Shown here: one piece after another, positions 18,868-27,920 of the stretch
Position numbering within the stretch: position 1 is the first letter of the stretch
Layout: each line of letters opens with the position of its first letter
Assembly: GCA_034435555.1 (NCBI GenBank)
Contig: DAOTXC010000006.1
Location: forward strand, 1,435 to 65,434
DNA from: Anaerolineae bacterium
GTDB taxonomy: Bacteria; Chloroflexota; Anaerolineae; B4-G1; SLSP01
Length of the DNA: 64,000 nucleotides
Direction: 5' to 3'
Made by a program: the position numbers and the translations under genes
The notes under the pieces: generated by a model
What the model was told of the DNA's origin: nothing
The model's database searches: none
What the model saw: the letters and a program-made list of their open reading frames with translations, nothing else

Positions 18868-20673
18868 TCAGCTGGTCAACGCCTCCAGCCGATCCACCAA
18901 CGACGCCAACACGTCAAAGGCCGTATCCACCGGCTCCGGCTGCGTCAGATCAACGCCCGCCAGTTGCAACGCCTCCAGCGGATAGCACGACGCGCCCGCT
19001 GCCAGGAAGCGCTGGTAGTTCGTCACCGCGTCCGGCTCGCCCGCGAGCACCCGCTTCGCCAACGCATTGGCCCCCGCGATGCCCGTGGCGTACTTGTAGA
19101 CGTAATAATCCTCGTACAAGTGCCCAAAAGTCGCCCAGGTGATACCCACCCGGTCGTGGTCAACGGCCATCTCGTCGCCGTACCCCTCCGCGAAGAGCTC
19201 CGCCATCAGCGCGATCAGCCCGTCGGCGGTGAGGCCCTCGCCGCGCTCCACGCGCTCGTGCGCCTCCAGCTCGAAGCGGGCCAGGGTCGGCATGATGAAG
19301 AAGTAGCGGTGGAAGTTCGACATCGCCTCCTCAATCAGGTTGATCTGGAAGCGCGGATCGGTCTGCGTCTCGAGCAGGTGCGCGCGCACCAACGCCTGGT
19401 GGAAGTTCGAGGCGACCTCGGCGACGAAGAGCGAGTACTGGCTGTAGATGATCGGCTGATTCTGCCAGGTGAGGTAGGAGTGCAGCGAGTGGCCGAGTTC
19501 GTGCGCCAGCGTGCTCAGGCTGAAGATCGAATCGTTGTAGTTCATCACGATGAAGGGGTAGGTTCCCGGCCAGCCGGCGGAAAAAGCCCCGGCGGTCTTC
19601 CCCTTGGTGGGGTAGACATCCACCCAACGCTGCTCCAGGCAGCCGCGCCGCACCGTGGCGACGTACTCCTCGCCCATCGGCGCTAACCCCTCGCAAATCC
19701 AATCCACGGCCTGCAAATAGGGAATCTCCACCGCGCTCTCGGTCAAGGGCGCCCAAATATCGTAGGGATGCAAGGTCTCCACGCCCAGAATCTTGCGGCG
19801 CAGCGCCCAATAGCGATGCCAGGTGGGTAGATTTTGCCGGAAGGTGTCAATCAAGTTGTAGAAGACCTCGGTGGGAACATTGAGCGCGAAGAGCGACTTC
19901 TCCAATGTCGAAGGATGCCGCCGCGTGCGCGTCTGGAAGACATCCTGCTTGATCGAGGTGGTCAAGGTTGTTGCCAGTGTGTTCTTGAAGGCCAAATACT
20001 GATCGGCGTAGTGCTCCCAGGCCGTGCGGCGCACCTCGCGGTCGGGATTCTCCAACAGCTTGTTGAGCGTTCCCTGGGTCAGCGGATACTCGGCGCCATC
20101 GCTGCCCACCGCCGGCTCGAATTGAAAATCGGCGTTGGTGAGCACGCCGGCGATTGACTCCGGCCCAGAGAAGGGATCGGCCAGCAGCCCCAGCACCGTC
20201 TCGACCTCCGCCGAGCGCACATGCGCCTGCCGCCGGAAGAGATTATCCACGTAATGCGCGAGCTGCGCCAGGCGTGGCTCCTCGGCCAGCCACGCGGTCA
20301 ACGTCTCCTGGCCCAATTCCAACAGCTCCGGGTCGAAGAAGGCTACCGCCGCCATCAGCTGCCCCATCAACCCACGAGCGCGACTCGCGCGGGCGGCGGC
20401 CTCCTGATCGGTCAGATCAACCTGTTGGCCGACCAGGGCATACATGTAGAGCTGGCCCCCTCGACGGTAGAGCGCCTCAAGCAACTCAAAGGCATCAGCC
20501 AACACTGCCGGCCCTTTTGCCAGCCGCCCCTGCAAGTCGTGCATTTTGGGCAGTTCTTCAGTAAATGCCCGGAACTCGGCCTCCCATACCTCTGGTGAGG
20601 CAAAGACGCTCTCTGCGTTCCACTTGTACTGTGGATCCACCTCACTTCGTACTCGCACTTGCTTCTCAGCCAC
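18868..20673 (-). CDS. pepF: oligoendopeptidase F, M3B family
   Basis: HELGH zinc motif. 601 aa. GTG start with AAGGAG RBS. Confidence 0.85.
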   Translation of the reverse strand: MAEKQVRVRSEVDPQYKWNAESVFASPEVWEAEFRAFTEELPKMHDLQGRLAKGPAVLADAFELLEALYRRGGQLYMYALVGQQVDLTDQEAAARASRARGLMGQLMAAVAFFDPELLELGQETLTAWLAEEPRLAQLAHYVDNLFRRQAHVRSAEVETVLGLLADPFSGPESIAGVLTNADFQFEPAVGSDGAEYPLTQGTLNKLLENPDREVRRTAWEHYADQYLAFKNTLATTLTTSIKQDVFQTRTRRHPSTLEKSLFALNVPTEVFYNLIDTFRQNLPTWHRYWALRRKILGVETLHPYDIWAPLTESAVEIPYLQAVDWICEGLAPMGEEYVATVRRGCLEQRWVDVYPTKGKTAGAFSAGWPGTYPFIVMNYNDSIFSLSTLAHELGHSLHSYLTWQNQPIIYSQYSLFVAEVASNFHQALVRAHLLETQTDPRFQINLIEEAMSNFHRYFFIMPTLARFELEAHERVERGEGLTADGLIALMAELFAEGYGDEMAVDHDRVGITWATFGHLYEDYYVYKYATGIAGANALAKRVLAGEPDAVTNYQRFLAAGASCYPLEALQLAGVDLTQPEPVDTAFDVLASLVDRLEALTS

Positions 20674-20712
20674 GTTTTGCTCCTTAATTTTTTAAGATGA
20701 TATGCGCACGGC

Positions 20713-21465
20713 CTAGCCGAGCAGTAGTTTAATCGCCATCGCAATCAGGGCCAGATTGAAGACCACCCGGATCGCTTTTTCGCCACGGTCAATCGTGACA
20801 TTGGAGCCGATAAAGCCCCCCACAGCGTTGCCCACGGACAGCAAGATGCCCGTCAGCCAGTCCACATTACCACGCATCGCAAAAATCGCCAACACCGGAA
20901 TCGTGTAGACCCCCACAATGATGACTTTGTGCATGTTGACGCGCACCAGGTCCATCCCCATCACGCGGTGCAGAATCGCCATCATGATCAACCCTACCCC
21001 GGCCTGGATGAAGCCGCCGTAAAAGCCTGCCGCGACCATCAACACGTAGCCCCACCTGCGTCGCTGCGGCGTGGACACAACCTCGACGCCGTCCTCCTTA
21101 CCTTTTTCCTTGCGCGTCATCACCACCATCACGCCGATCATCACCAGCGCCAGCACCCGGTCGAACCAGACGCCGCGCAAGCTGTTGCCCAACCAGGCCC
21201 CCAATACCGCGCCCGGCAATGCACACAGCGACAATTTGAAGCTCAAGCGAAACTCGGAGTACCCTTTGCGCCAGAAGCCGACCGTCGCCACGAAGTCCTG
21301 CACGATCATAGCGACGCGATTGGTGCCATTGACCAATGGCCCTTCCATGCCCAAGAAGCGCATGACCGGCATATTGATCAACGAGCCGCCGCCCGCCATC
21401 ACGTTGATAAAGCCGGAAGCGGTTCCCGCTGCAAACAGCAATAACACCTTTAGCCAGAAATCCAT
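20713..21465 (-). CDS. TauE/SafE family sulfite/anion exporter
   Basis: 250 aa with about 8 TM segments and two Gly-rich internal repeats typical of TauE. Confidence 0.65.
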   Translation of the reverse strand: MDFWLKVLLLFAAGTASGFINVMAGGGSLINMPVMRFLGMEGPLVNGTNRVAMIVQDFVATVGFWRKGYSEFRLSFKLSLCALPGAVLGAWLGNSLRGVWFDRVLALVMIGVMVVMTRKEKGKEDGVEVVSTPQRRRWGYVLMVAAGFYGGFIQAGVGLIMMAILHRVMGMDLVRVNMHKVIIVGVYTIPVLAIFAMRGNVDWLTGILLSVGNAVGGFIGSNVTIDRGEKAIRVVFNLALIAMAIKLLLG

Positions 21466-21548
21466 TTTTCTCCTTTTGCAAATCTGAAAATTTCAGTACG
21501 TTCTTATAGCAGACCGCCTTGAACGTACTCAAAACCCCTCAACCCGGT

Positions 21549-23024
21549 TCACCCATCTGCCAGCGCATCGCGGATGAAAGCTGCCAGATCAGCCTTGAGC
21601 TGCGCCAGCGACGGCTGATGGACGTACATCATGTGGCCCGACTCATAGTAGGCCAGCGAGATATTCTCGCGCAGCGCCGGCTCGATGCCCAGGTGGTTGA
21701 TGGTGTACTCGGTGGCGAAGTAGGGCGTCGCCAGATCGTAGTAGCCGTTCGCCACAAAGACCTTGAGGTGCGGATTCTGGCAGAGCGCCCCCCGCAGCGT
21801 CTCCGCGACGTTGACGTAGCGATTCTGATATTTGCTGTAATCCCACTCCTTGTAGAGGCTGTTGAGCGCCTCGTAGGGCAGATCGCTCTCGAACTCGAGC
21901 TCCGCGCGCACGTAATGGTTGAGCATCGCCGTGTAGCAGCCCTGAATCACCGCGTAGCTGGGATCGAAGTCAAAACGCTCACCCGCCGCGTCCCGGTCCG
22001 GGCCGGTGAAGCGCGCATCCAAGCGCCCCACGGACAACCGCTGCTCGCGCAGCAGCTCCTTCACAAAGCGGAAGATGTTGATCCGCAGGTTCGTCCGTTC
22101 GATGTAGGCCGGGGAAAGCCCCGTGTACCGGGCCAGCTGCGCCCCGATTTCCACCCGCTCATCGGCGGGGAGCGCGTCCCCCTGCATCAGCGCGAGCGTG
22201 TACGGCCCCCGCGCGAAAGCCTCCACCTCATTCAGCGTGCGGCGCAGATCCACCTGAAGTTCTGCCTCCAATCGGCCATGATACCACGCCGTCGCCGTGT
22301 AGGTCGGCAGGAAGAGGATGTAGGGCAGATCGTTGCCAGGGTCGAAATTCGCGGTCTGGAAGCTCAAAATCGAGGAGATCAACATGATCCCGTTGAGGTA
22401 CATCCCGTGCCGCGTCTGCAAATGCCCCGCCAGCCCCGCCGCGCGCGTCGTGCCGTAGCTTTCGCCTGCCAGGAACTTGGGCGATCCCCACCGCTGGAAG
22501 CGCGTCGCGTAGAGGCGGATGAACTCCCCCACCCACTCGATGTCCGGCTCGATGCCGTGGAACTGCTTGGCCTCCTCGCCCGGCGCCGCCCGGCTGTACC
22601 CCGTGCTCACCGGGTCAATGAAGACCAGGTCGGTCACGTCCAACAGCGATGAGGCGTTATCCACCAACCGCCCCGGCGGGCGCGGCGCGGCCCCCTCCGC
22701 ATCGGCCATCTCCACCCGGCGCGGCCCTAGCACGCCCAGATGCAGCCAGACCGACGACGACCCCGGCCCTCCGTTAAAGGCGAAAGTGATGGGCCGCTGG
22801 GTAATATCCTCGACGTCGTCGCGGGTGTAGGCCACGAAGAAGAAGATCGCCTTGGGGCGATCCGGCTCCGCTTTAAGCACCAACGTCCCCGCCGTGGCGG
22901 TGTAGGCGATGGCCTGCCCGTCAATGACAATCGTGTGCTGCGTCTGCTGGAGCACCTCCGGCGGCGCGAGCGGCTGCTCCTCCGGCTCGGCCTGCGCTTG
23001 ATCCGTATCCTGCTTTTCGTTCAT
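21549..23024 (-). CDS. serine carboxypeptidase, S10 family
   Basis: FAFNGGPGSSS and GESYG catalytic serine motifs. 491 aa. Confidence 0.65.
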   Translation of the reverse strand: MNEKQDTDQAQAEPEEQPLAPPEVLQQTQHTIVIDGQAIAYTATAGTLVLKAEPDRPKAIFFFVAYTRDDVEDITQRPITFAFNGGPGSSSVWLHLGVLGPRRVEMADAEGAAPRPPGRLVDNASSLLDVTDLVFIDPVSTGYSRAAPGEEAKQFHGIEPDIEWVGEFIRLYATRFQRWGSPKFLAGESYGTTRAAGLAGHLQTRHGMYLNGIMLISSILSFQTANFDPGNDLPYILFLPTYTATAWYHGRLEAELQVDLRRTLNEVEAFARGPYTLALMQGDALPADERVEIGAQLARYTGLSPAYIERTNLRINIFRFVKELLREQRLSVGRLDARFTGPDRDAAGERFDFDPSYAVIQGCYTAMLNHYVRAELEFESDLPYEALNSLYKEWDYSKYQNRYVNVAETLRGALCQNPHLKVFVANGYYDLATPYFATEYTINHLGIEPALRENISLAYYESGHMMYVHQPSLAQLKADLAAFIRDALADG

Positions 23025-23193
23025 TTATCGCTCCTCAAAGATGATCTTGTGCCGCCATAGTTTAGCCTATCTAAGCAATTTGGCAATTGCCAAACGCCCA
23101 AGCTGGGCTATAATAGACGTGTGAACGTGCAAACGTGTGAACACAAAGGGAGGGCCACATGGACGACCACATACTAGGAAAAACCGAGGTCAA

Positions 23194-24252
23194 ATGAAAC
23201 CCCGCATCTACATCGCCTACACCGGCGGCACCATCGGGATGCAGAAGACCGCCGACGGCTACGCACCCGCGCCCGGCTATCTCGCCGAGCGCCTCGCCGC
23301 CATGCCGGAGCTCCAATCACCCCACATGCCGGAGTACGTCATCCACGAGTACGACCCGCTGCTCGATTCCTCCGACATGACGCCCGCCGATTGGACGAAG
23401 ATCGCGCAAGACATCGCCACCCACTACAACGCCTACGACGGCTTCGTCGTCCTTCACGGCACCGACACGATGGCCTACACCGCCTCGGCGCTGGCCTTCA
23501 TGTTGCAGGGCCTCGGCAAGCCTGTCATCCTCACCGGCTCGCAGATCCCGCTCTGCGAGGTGCGCAACGACGCCCGCGAGAACCTCATCACTGTGCTGCA
23601 TCTGGCGGCGCACACCCCCATCCCCGAAGTCTGCCTCTACTTTGGCGACAAGCTCCTGCGCGGCTGCCGCGCCACCAAAACCGACGCCGTCGGCTTCGAC
23701 GCCTTCAGCTCGCCGAACTTCCCGCCGCTGGGCGCGGTGGGGATCAACATCCACCTCGCCCACGACCTCTTCCGCCCGCCGCCACCGCCCGACACCGCCC
23801 TGCGGGTCGAACCGCTCCAGCCGGTGCAGGTGACGGCGCTGCGGCTCTTCCCCGGCATCCCGGCGGAAGTCGTCCGCAACATCCTGCGCCCGCCGCTCAA
23901 GGGGCTGGTGCTGGAGACCTACGGCGTGGGCAACGGCCCCACCGGCGACGCGGATTTCATCGCCGCGCTGACCGAGGCGCACGCGCGCGGCGTCATCATC
24001 CTCAACTGCACCCAATGTCTGCGCGGCAGCGTGGACCTGAGCGGGTACGCCACCGGCGCAGCGCTGGCGCGGGCCGGCGTCCTCAGCGGCTACGATATGA
24101 CCCCGGAGGCCGCCCTCACCAAACTCTACTACCTGCTGAGCCAGGGCGGGCCGCTTCCCCAGATCAAACGCCTGCTGCAAACCGACCTCCGGGGCGAGCT
24201 CACCGTGCCCGCCGCACAAGAAGTTAGCGCATTTGCACAACCTGACCCTTAA
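23194..24252 (+). CDS. ansA: L-asparaginase, type I
   Basis: ATG 23194 (MKPRIYIAYTGGTIGM; TGGTI threonine motif). 352 aa. Confidence 0.85.
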   Translation: MKPRIYIAYTGGTIGMQKTADGYAPAPGYLAERLAAMPELQSPHMPEYVIHEYDPLLDSSDMTPADWTKIAQDIATHYNAYDGFVVLHGTDTMAYTASALAFMLQGLGKPVILTGSQIPLCEVRNDARENLITVLHLAAHTPIPEVCLYFGDKLLRGCRATKTDAVGFDAFSSPNFPPLGAVGINIHLAHDLFRPPPPPDTALRVEPLQPVQVTALRLFPGIPAEVVRNILRPPLKGLVLETYGVGNGPTGDADFIAALTEAHARGVIILNCTQCLRGSVDLSGYATGAALARAGVLSGYDMTPEAALTKLYYLLSQGGPLPQIKRLLQTDLRGELTVPAAQEVSAFAQPDP

Positions 24253-24368
24253 AGGTACAATCACGACACGCAGCACAGGTACAATTCCTATGTGACTTTG
24301 GCACACCAACAGTATTGAAACGTCGCTCGGACTGCCAGTCCGCGTTACGACTATTTTGGAGGAAACAA

Positions 24369-27300
24369 ATGTCCCTCGCTGAAACGCTGATCGTGACGCT
24401 TGGCCGTTCAATCGCCAATGCCCTGGTCAAACGCTGGCTGAGTAAGGAGCCGGCTCAGACTCTCACCAGTAATCTTATTGACCTGGCGGCCAAAGAGGGG
24501 CAACGTCGCTTCAAGGGGCATCAGGAACTCCAGCGGGTGGAGCAGCTGGGCGAACACATCGCCGAGCAATTGCGCCCCCTGGTAGAGAACTTCCGCCTGC
24601 TGCCCAACGAACGCGAGGCGCTTATTTTCGAGGTGGCAACCACGCTGAAGGAGGCCGAAATCTCCGCCGAACAACTCCTCGCGCTGCAACTGGATCATAA
24701 AGCGCTGGCGCGTCGCCTGCGCAAGGCCCGCCCGGAAGCGACCCTGACGCTATCTGCCGCACAAACGGAACACTATGAGCAATTGTTAGACCAGGCCGCC
24801 CTCGCCATCCTCAAAATCAGCGCCGAGTTCCCCAGCTATCAACGGCTGCTGGATACCCGCCAACTCCAGGAGCACGCGGCACTGATCGAGGTGGTCAACG
24901 CCATCCTCTATCGCCCCGCCGGGGAGGATGCGCAATTCCGCAACGCCTATCAGCGGCAAATCCAGCGCAAGCTGGAGCGCGCCGAGGAATCGGGCGCACC
25001 ACGCCTGGAAGAACTCAGCAAAGATCAGAGCCTGAGCGTGGCCTATGTGGAGCTCAAAGTTACCTACCCAACCGCTGAGGACAGGGATGCACCCCCGCAA
25101 GCGGCGGACTTTCTGTCGCACGCCGACCGGCGCGAGGGCCACCCCACAGAGCGGACTTGCGCCGCCAGCGAACTGCTTGCCGATACCCGGCGGCTGGTGC
25201 TCCGGGGCGAGGCTGGTTCCGGCAAGACCACTCTGCTGCAATGGCTTGCACTGCGCGCTGCCCACGGTGATTTTCCCAAACAGATGGCGAATTGGAACGA
25301 TCACGTTCCTTTTCTCATCCGCCTGCGGGAATATGTGAATGCCGACTTCCCCACGCCGGAGCAATTTGTCGAGAAACTGACCTCCACCATCGCGGGAACG
25401 ATGCCACACGGCTGGGTCCACCGGCAACTGGAAGCCGGCAAAGCCCTGATTCTAGTGGATGGCGTGGACGAGCTGCCAGAGGCTCAACGGCCCGCCATGT
25501 TGGAACGTTTGCAAGACCTGTTGGAGACCTATCCCCTGGCTCGTTACATCGTGACCTCCCGCCCGCCCGCACTCAAAGCGGAACGCTGGCCCGAATGGAA
25601 CGACTGGATCGCGGGCGCAGGCTTTACCGAGGCGGCGCTCCAACCTATGAGCCAGGCGCAGTACGAGGCTTTTATTGCCCGCTGGTACCAGGCGCTACCC
25701 GAGAATACCGCGCAGCGTGCGGAAGGCGCTGCGCACCTCCAACGCCTCTTACGCCAGCGCCCGTCCCTGCGCCGGCTGGCGACCAACCCGCTCCTCTGCG
25801 CCTTGCTCTGTGCGCTCCACAAAAAGCGTGGCGATAACCTGCCCACGGTGCGGCTGCAGCTCTACCGAGAGAGCGTCGAGATACTGTTGGAAAGTCGAGA
25901 TACCAAACGCGGCGTGCCAGTGAACGCAGATTACCCAAAACTAAGCCTGGATCAACAACTGGCGCTGATGCGGAGCTTTGCGGGCTATCTGCTGCGCAAC
26001 GGGTACACCGACATAGACATAGCGCAGGCGGACCAACATTTTGCCAACCGGCTGGCCTTTATGAGCCTCCCCCCGGAAGTGACCGGCGAGCGCGTGCGTC
26101 GCTTCTTCGTCGAGCGGACCAACCTGCTGCACGAGCCGGTTGTGGGGCGGGTGGATTTCCGCCATCGCACCTTTCTGGAATACCTCGCTGCCGACCAGAT
26201 TGTGGAAGACGACGAATTTGGGCTGTTGAAAACACATACCAACGATGATCAATGGCGCGAAGTGGTGATTTTGGCCGCCGGGCTGGCCCGCCGCAACGAA
26301 AGCGAGGACTTGCTCACATGGTTACTGGAGCAAGGTCCCCTAGGCAGCCTCCTGGCAGTCGCCTGCCTGGAAACTGTGGTGGAGCTCTCCCCCGCCGTGC
26401 GCGAGGCGGTGCTAACCCGCGCGCGAGAACTGCTTCCACCGCAGGATAGTGACCAGGTGACGCTCTATGCCGCCGCCGGGCCGTCACTGGTGCCGCTGCT
26501 CGCGCCAGATCCAGCCCACGATGCCCAAGCGCGCCTCCGCTGCATTGAGGTGCTGGGGCGCATCGGCGGCGAGGCCGCCCGGCAACAATTGGCCCGCTAT
26601 GCCCAGGATTACGCGCAACGGAAAAGCGAAGAACACGATCTGCAAGAAACCCACGCCCTTGCCACGGCCTGGGCCAACTTTGACCCGGAGACCTACGCCC
26701 GCGAGGTCCTCACTTACTTGCCTGAGCTCTGGTGCGAAGGGGTGCCATTCGACAACCTCGGCCCATTCGCCACCCTCACCCAACTGCAAACACTGATTCT
26801 CAAAATTCTCCTGGTCAGCAACCTCAGCCCGCTCGCCAATCTCACCAAACTCCAGCGCCTGGCTCTCATGCACATGCCAGTTGATGATCTCACTCCACTC
26901 CGAACCCTCACTCAATTGCAACGTCTGGATCTGCTACAAACCCCGGTCAGCAATCTACGCCCGCTCTCCCCCCTCACCCAACTGCAAGCCCTAAGTCTCA
27001 TCAGCACCCAGATCAGCGATCTCCATCAGCTTGCCAACCTCACCCAACTGCAAAGCCTGGATCTCAGCGGTAGCCCGGTCAGCGACCTCAGCCCGCTCGC
27101 CAATCTCAGGCAACTGCAAAGCCTAGTTCTCGGCGGTGCCCCAGTCAGCGACCTCAGCCCACTCGCCGCCCTTACTCAACTGCAACGCCTTGATCTTGGC
27201 TACACCCGGGTCAGCGACCTCAGCCCACTTACCGACCTCACGCAACTGCAATGCCTGGATCTTGGCTACACCCGGGTCAGCGACCTCAGCCCACTTACCG

Positions 27301-27737
27301 ACCTCACACAACTGCAACACCTCGATCTCCCCAACACCCCAGTCAGCAACTTACGCCCCCTCGCCGCCCTCACCCAACTGCAACGCCTGGATCTCAAATA
27401 CACCCAGGTAAGTGACCTCAGCCCGCTTGCCGATCTTACGCAACTGCAACGCCTGGATCTCGACCGCACCCAAGTCAGCGACCTCAGCCCACTTACCGAC
27501 CTCACACAACTGCAACGCCTGGATCTCGAAGGCACCCAAGTCAGCGACCTCAGCTCACTCACTGCCCTCACCCAACTGCATAGTCTAGCTCTCCGCCACA
27601 CCCAAGTCAGCAACCTACGCCCGCTGGCAGCGCTGCCGGCCCTGCGCTATGTGCTTGTAGACAAGCACATAGATATCACCCCTCTTCGCCACCGTCACGA
27701 GCTCCAAATTACTTACGAATTGCGTGAGTATAGATGA
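24369..27737 (+). CDS. NACHT-family STAND NTPase with C-terminal leucine-rich repeats (bacterial NLR-like protein)
   Basis: GGAGG RBS 6 nt before ATG 24369. N-terminal helical domain of about 270 aa. NACHT motifs present: Walker A GEAGSGKTTLL, Walker B KALILVDGVDE, YIVTSRP and NPLLCALLCAL. At least 14 tandem 22-aa LRRs (LTQLQRLDLxxTxVSDLSPL). Confidence 0.85.
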   Translation: MSLAETLIVTLGRSIANALVKRWLSKEPAQTLTSNLIDLAAKEGQRRFKGHQELQRVEQLGEHIAEQLRPLVENFRLLPNEREALIFEVATTLKEAEISAEQLLALQLDHKALARRLRKARPEATLTLSAAQTEHYEQLLDQAALAILKISAEFPSYQRLLDTRQLQEHAALIEVVNAILYRPAGEDAQFRNAYQRQIQRKLERAEESGAPRLEELSKDQSLSVAYVELKVTYPTAEDRDAPPQAADFLSHADRREGHPTERTCAASELLADTRRLVLRGEAGSGKTTLLQWLALRAAHGDFPKQMANWNDHVPFLIRLREYVNADFPTPEQFVEKLTSTIAGTMPHGWVHRQLEAGKALILVDGVDELPEAQRPAMLERLQDLLETYPLARYIVTSRPPALKAERWPEWNDWIAGAGFTEAALQPMSQAQYEAFIARWYQALPENTAQRAEGAAHLQRLLRQRPSLRRLATNPLLCALLCALHKKRGDNLPTVRLQLYRESVEILLESRDTKRGVPVNADYPKLSLDQQLALMRSFAGYLLRNGYTDIDIAQADQHFANRLAFMSLPPEVTGERVRRFFVERTNLLHEPVVGRVDFRHRTFLEYLAADQIVEDDEFGLLKTHTNDDQWREVVILAAGLARRNESEDLLTWLLEQGPLGSLLAVACLETVVELSPAVREAVLTRARELLPPQDSDQVTLYAAAGPSLVPLLAPDPAHDAQARLRCIEVLGRIGGEAARQQLARYAQDYAQRKSEEHDLQETHALATAWANFDPETYAREVLTYLPELWCEGVPFDNLGPFATLTQLQTLILKILLVSNLSPLANLTKLQRLALMHMPVDDLTPLRTLTQLQRLDLLQTPVSNLRPLSPLTQLQALSLISTQISDLHQLANLTQLQSLDLSGSPVSDLSPLANLRQLQSLVLGGAPVSDLSPLAALTQLQRLDLGYTRVSDLSPLTDLTQLQCLDLGYTRVSDLSPLTDLTQLQHLDLPNTPVSNLRPLAALTQLQRLDLKYTQVSDLSPLADLTQLQRLDLDRTQVSDLSPLTDLTQLQRLDLEGTQVSDLSSLTALTQLHSLALRHTQVSNLRPLAALPALRYVLVDKHIDITPLRHRHELQITYELREYR
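26775..27650 (+). repeat. 66-bp tandem DNA repeats encoding the LRR array
   Basis: Near-identical 66-nt units (...cagcgacctcagcccacttaccgacctcac(a/g)caactgcaacgcctggatct...) are visible directly in the sequence. Confidence 0.8.
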
Positions 27738-27744
27738 AAATGTA

Positions 27745-27786
27745 GGACGGGCCGCTGGCCCGTCCCGACAGGCGAGCCGCCTGTTC
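27745..27786 (+). terminator. tandem GC hairpins after the NLR gene (putative terminator, poor U-tract)
   Basis: ggacgggcc-gct-ggcccgtcc followed by acaggcg-agcc-gcctgt. Confidence 0.4.
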
Positions 27787-27837
27787 CACGTTCTACTTCA
27801 GAGAAGAGGAAAAGCCGCGCATTCTCAGTCCTCTCAA

Positions 27838-27865
27838 TTGACACACGCCCCGTTGCGGCTAAAAT
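27838..27865 (+). promoter_or_regulatory. sigma70-like promoter TTGACA-16-TAAAAT upstream of 27921
   Basis: ttgacacacgccccgttgcggctaaaat. Confidence 0.45.
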
Positions 27866-27920
27866 AAAGCCATTAATTCGCTGACTCGTTGACTCGCTGA
27901 TTCGCACAAAGGAGCAATCT

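Noticed and set aside
26775-27650. Regular short repeats that could be mistaken for a CRISPR array
   Set aside because: The repeats are in-frame 66-bp LRR coding units with no unique spacers, and lie inside a continuous ORF.
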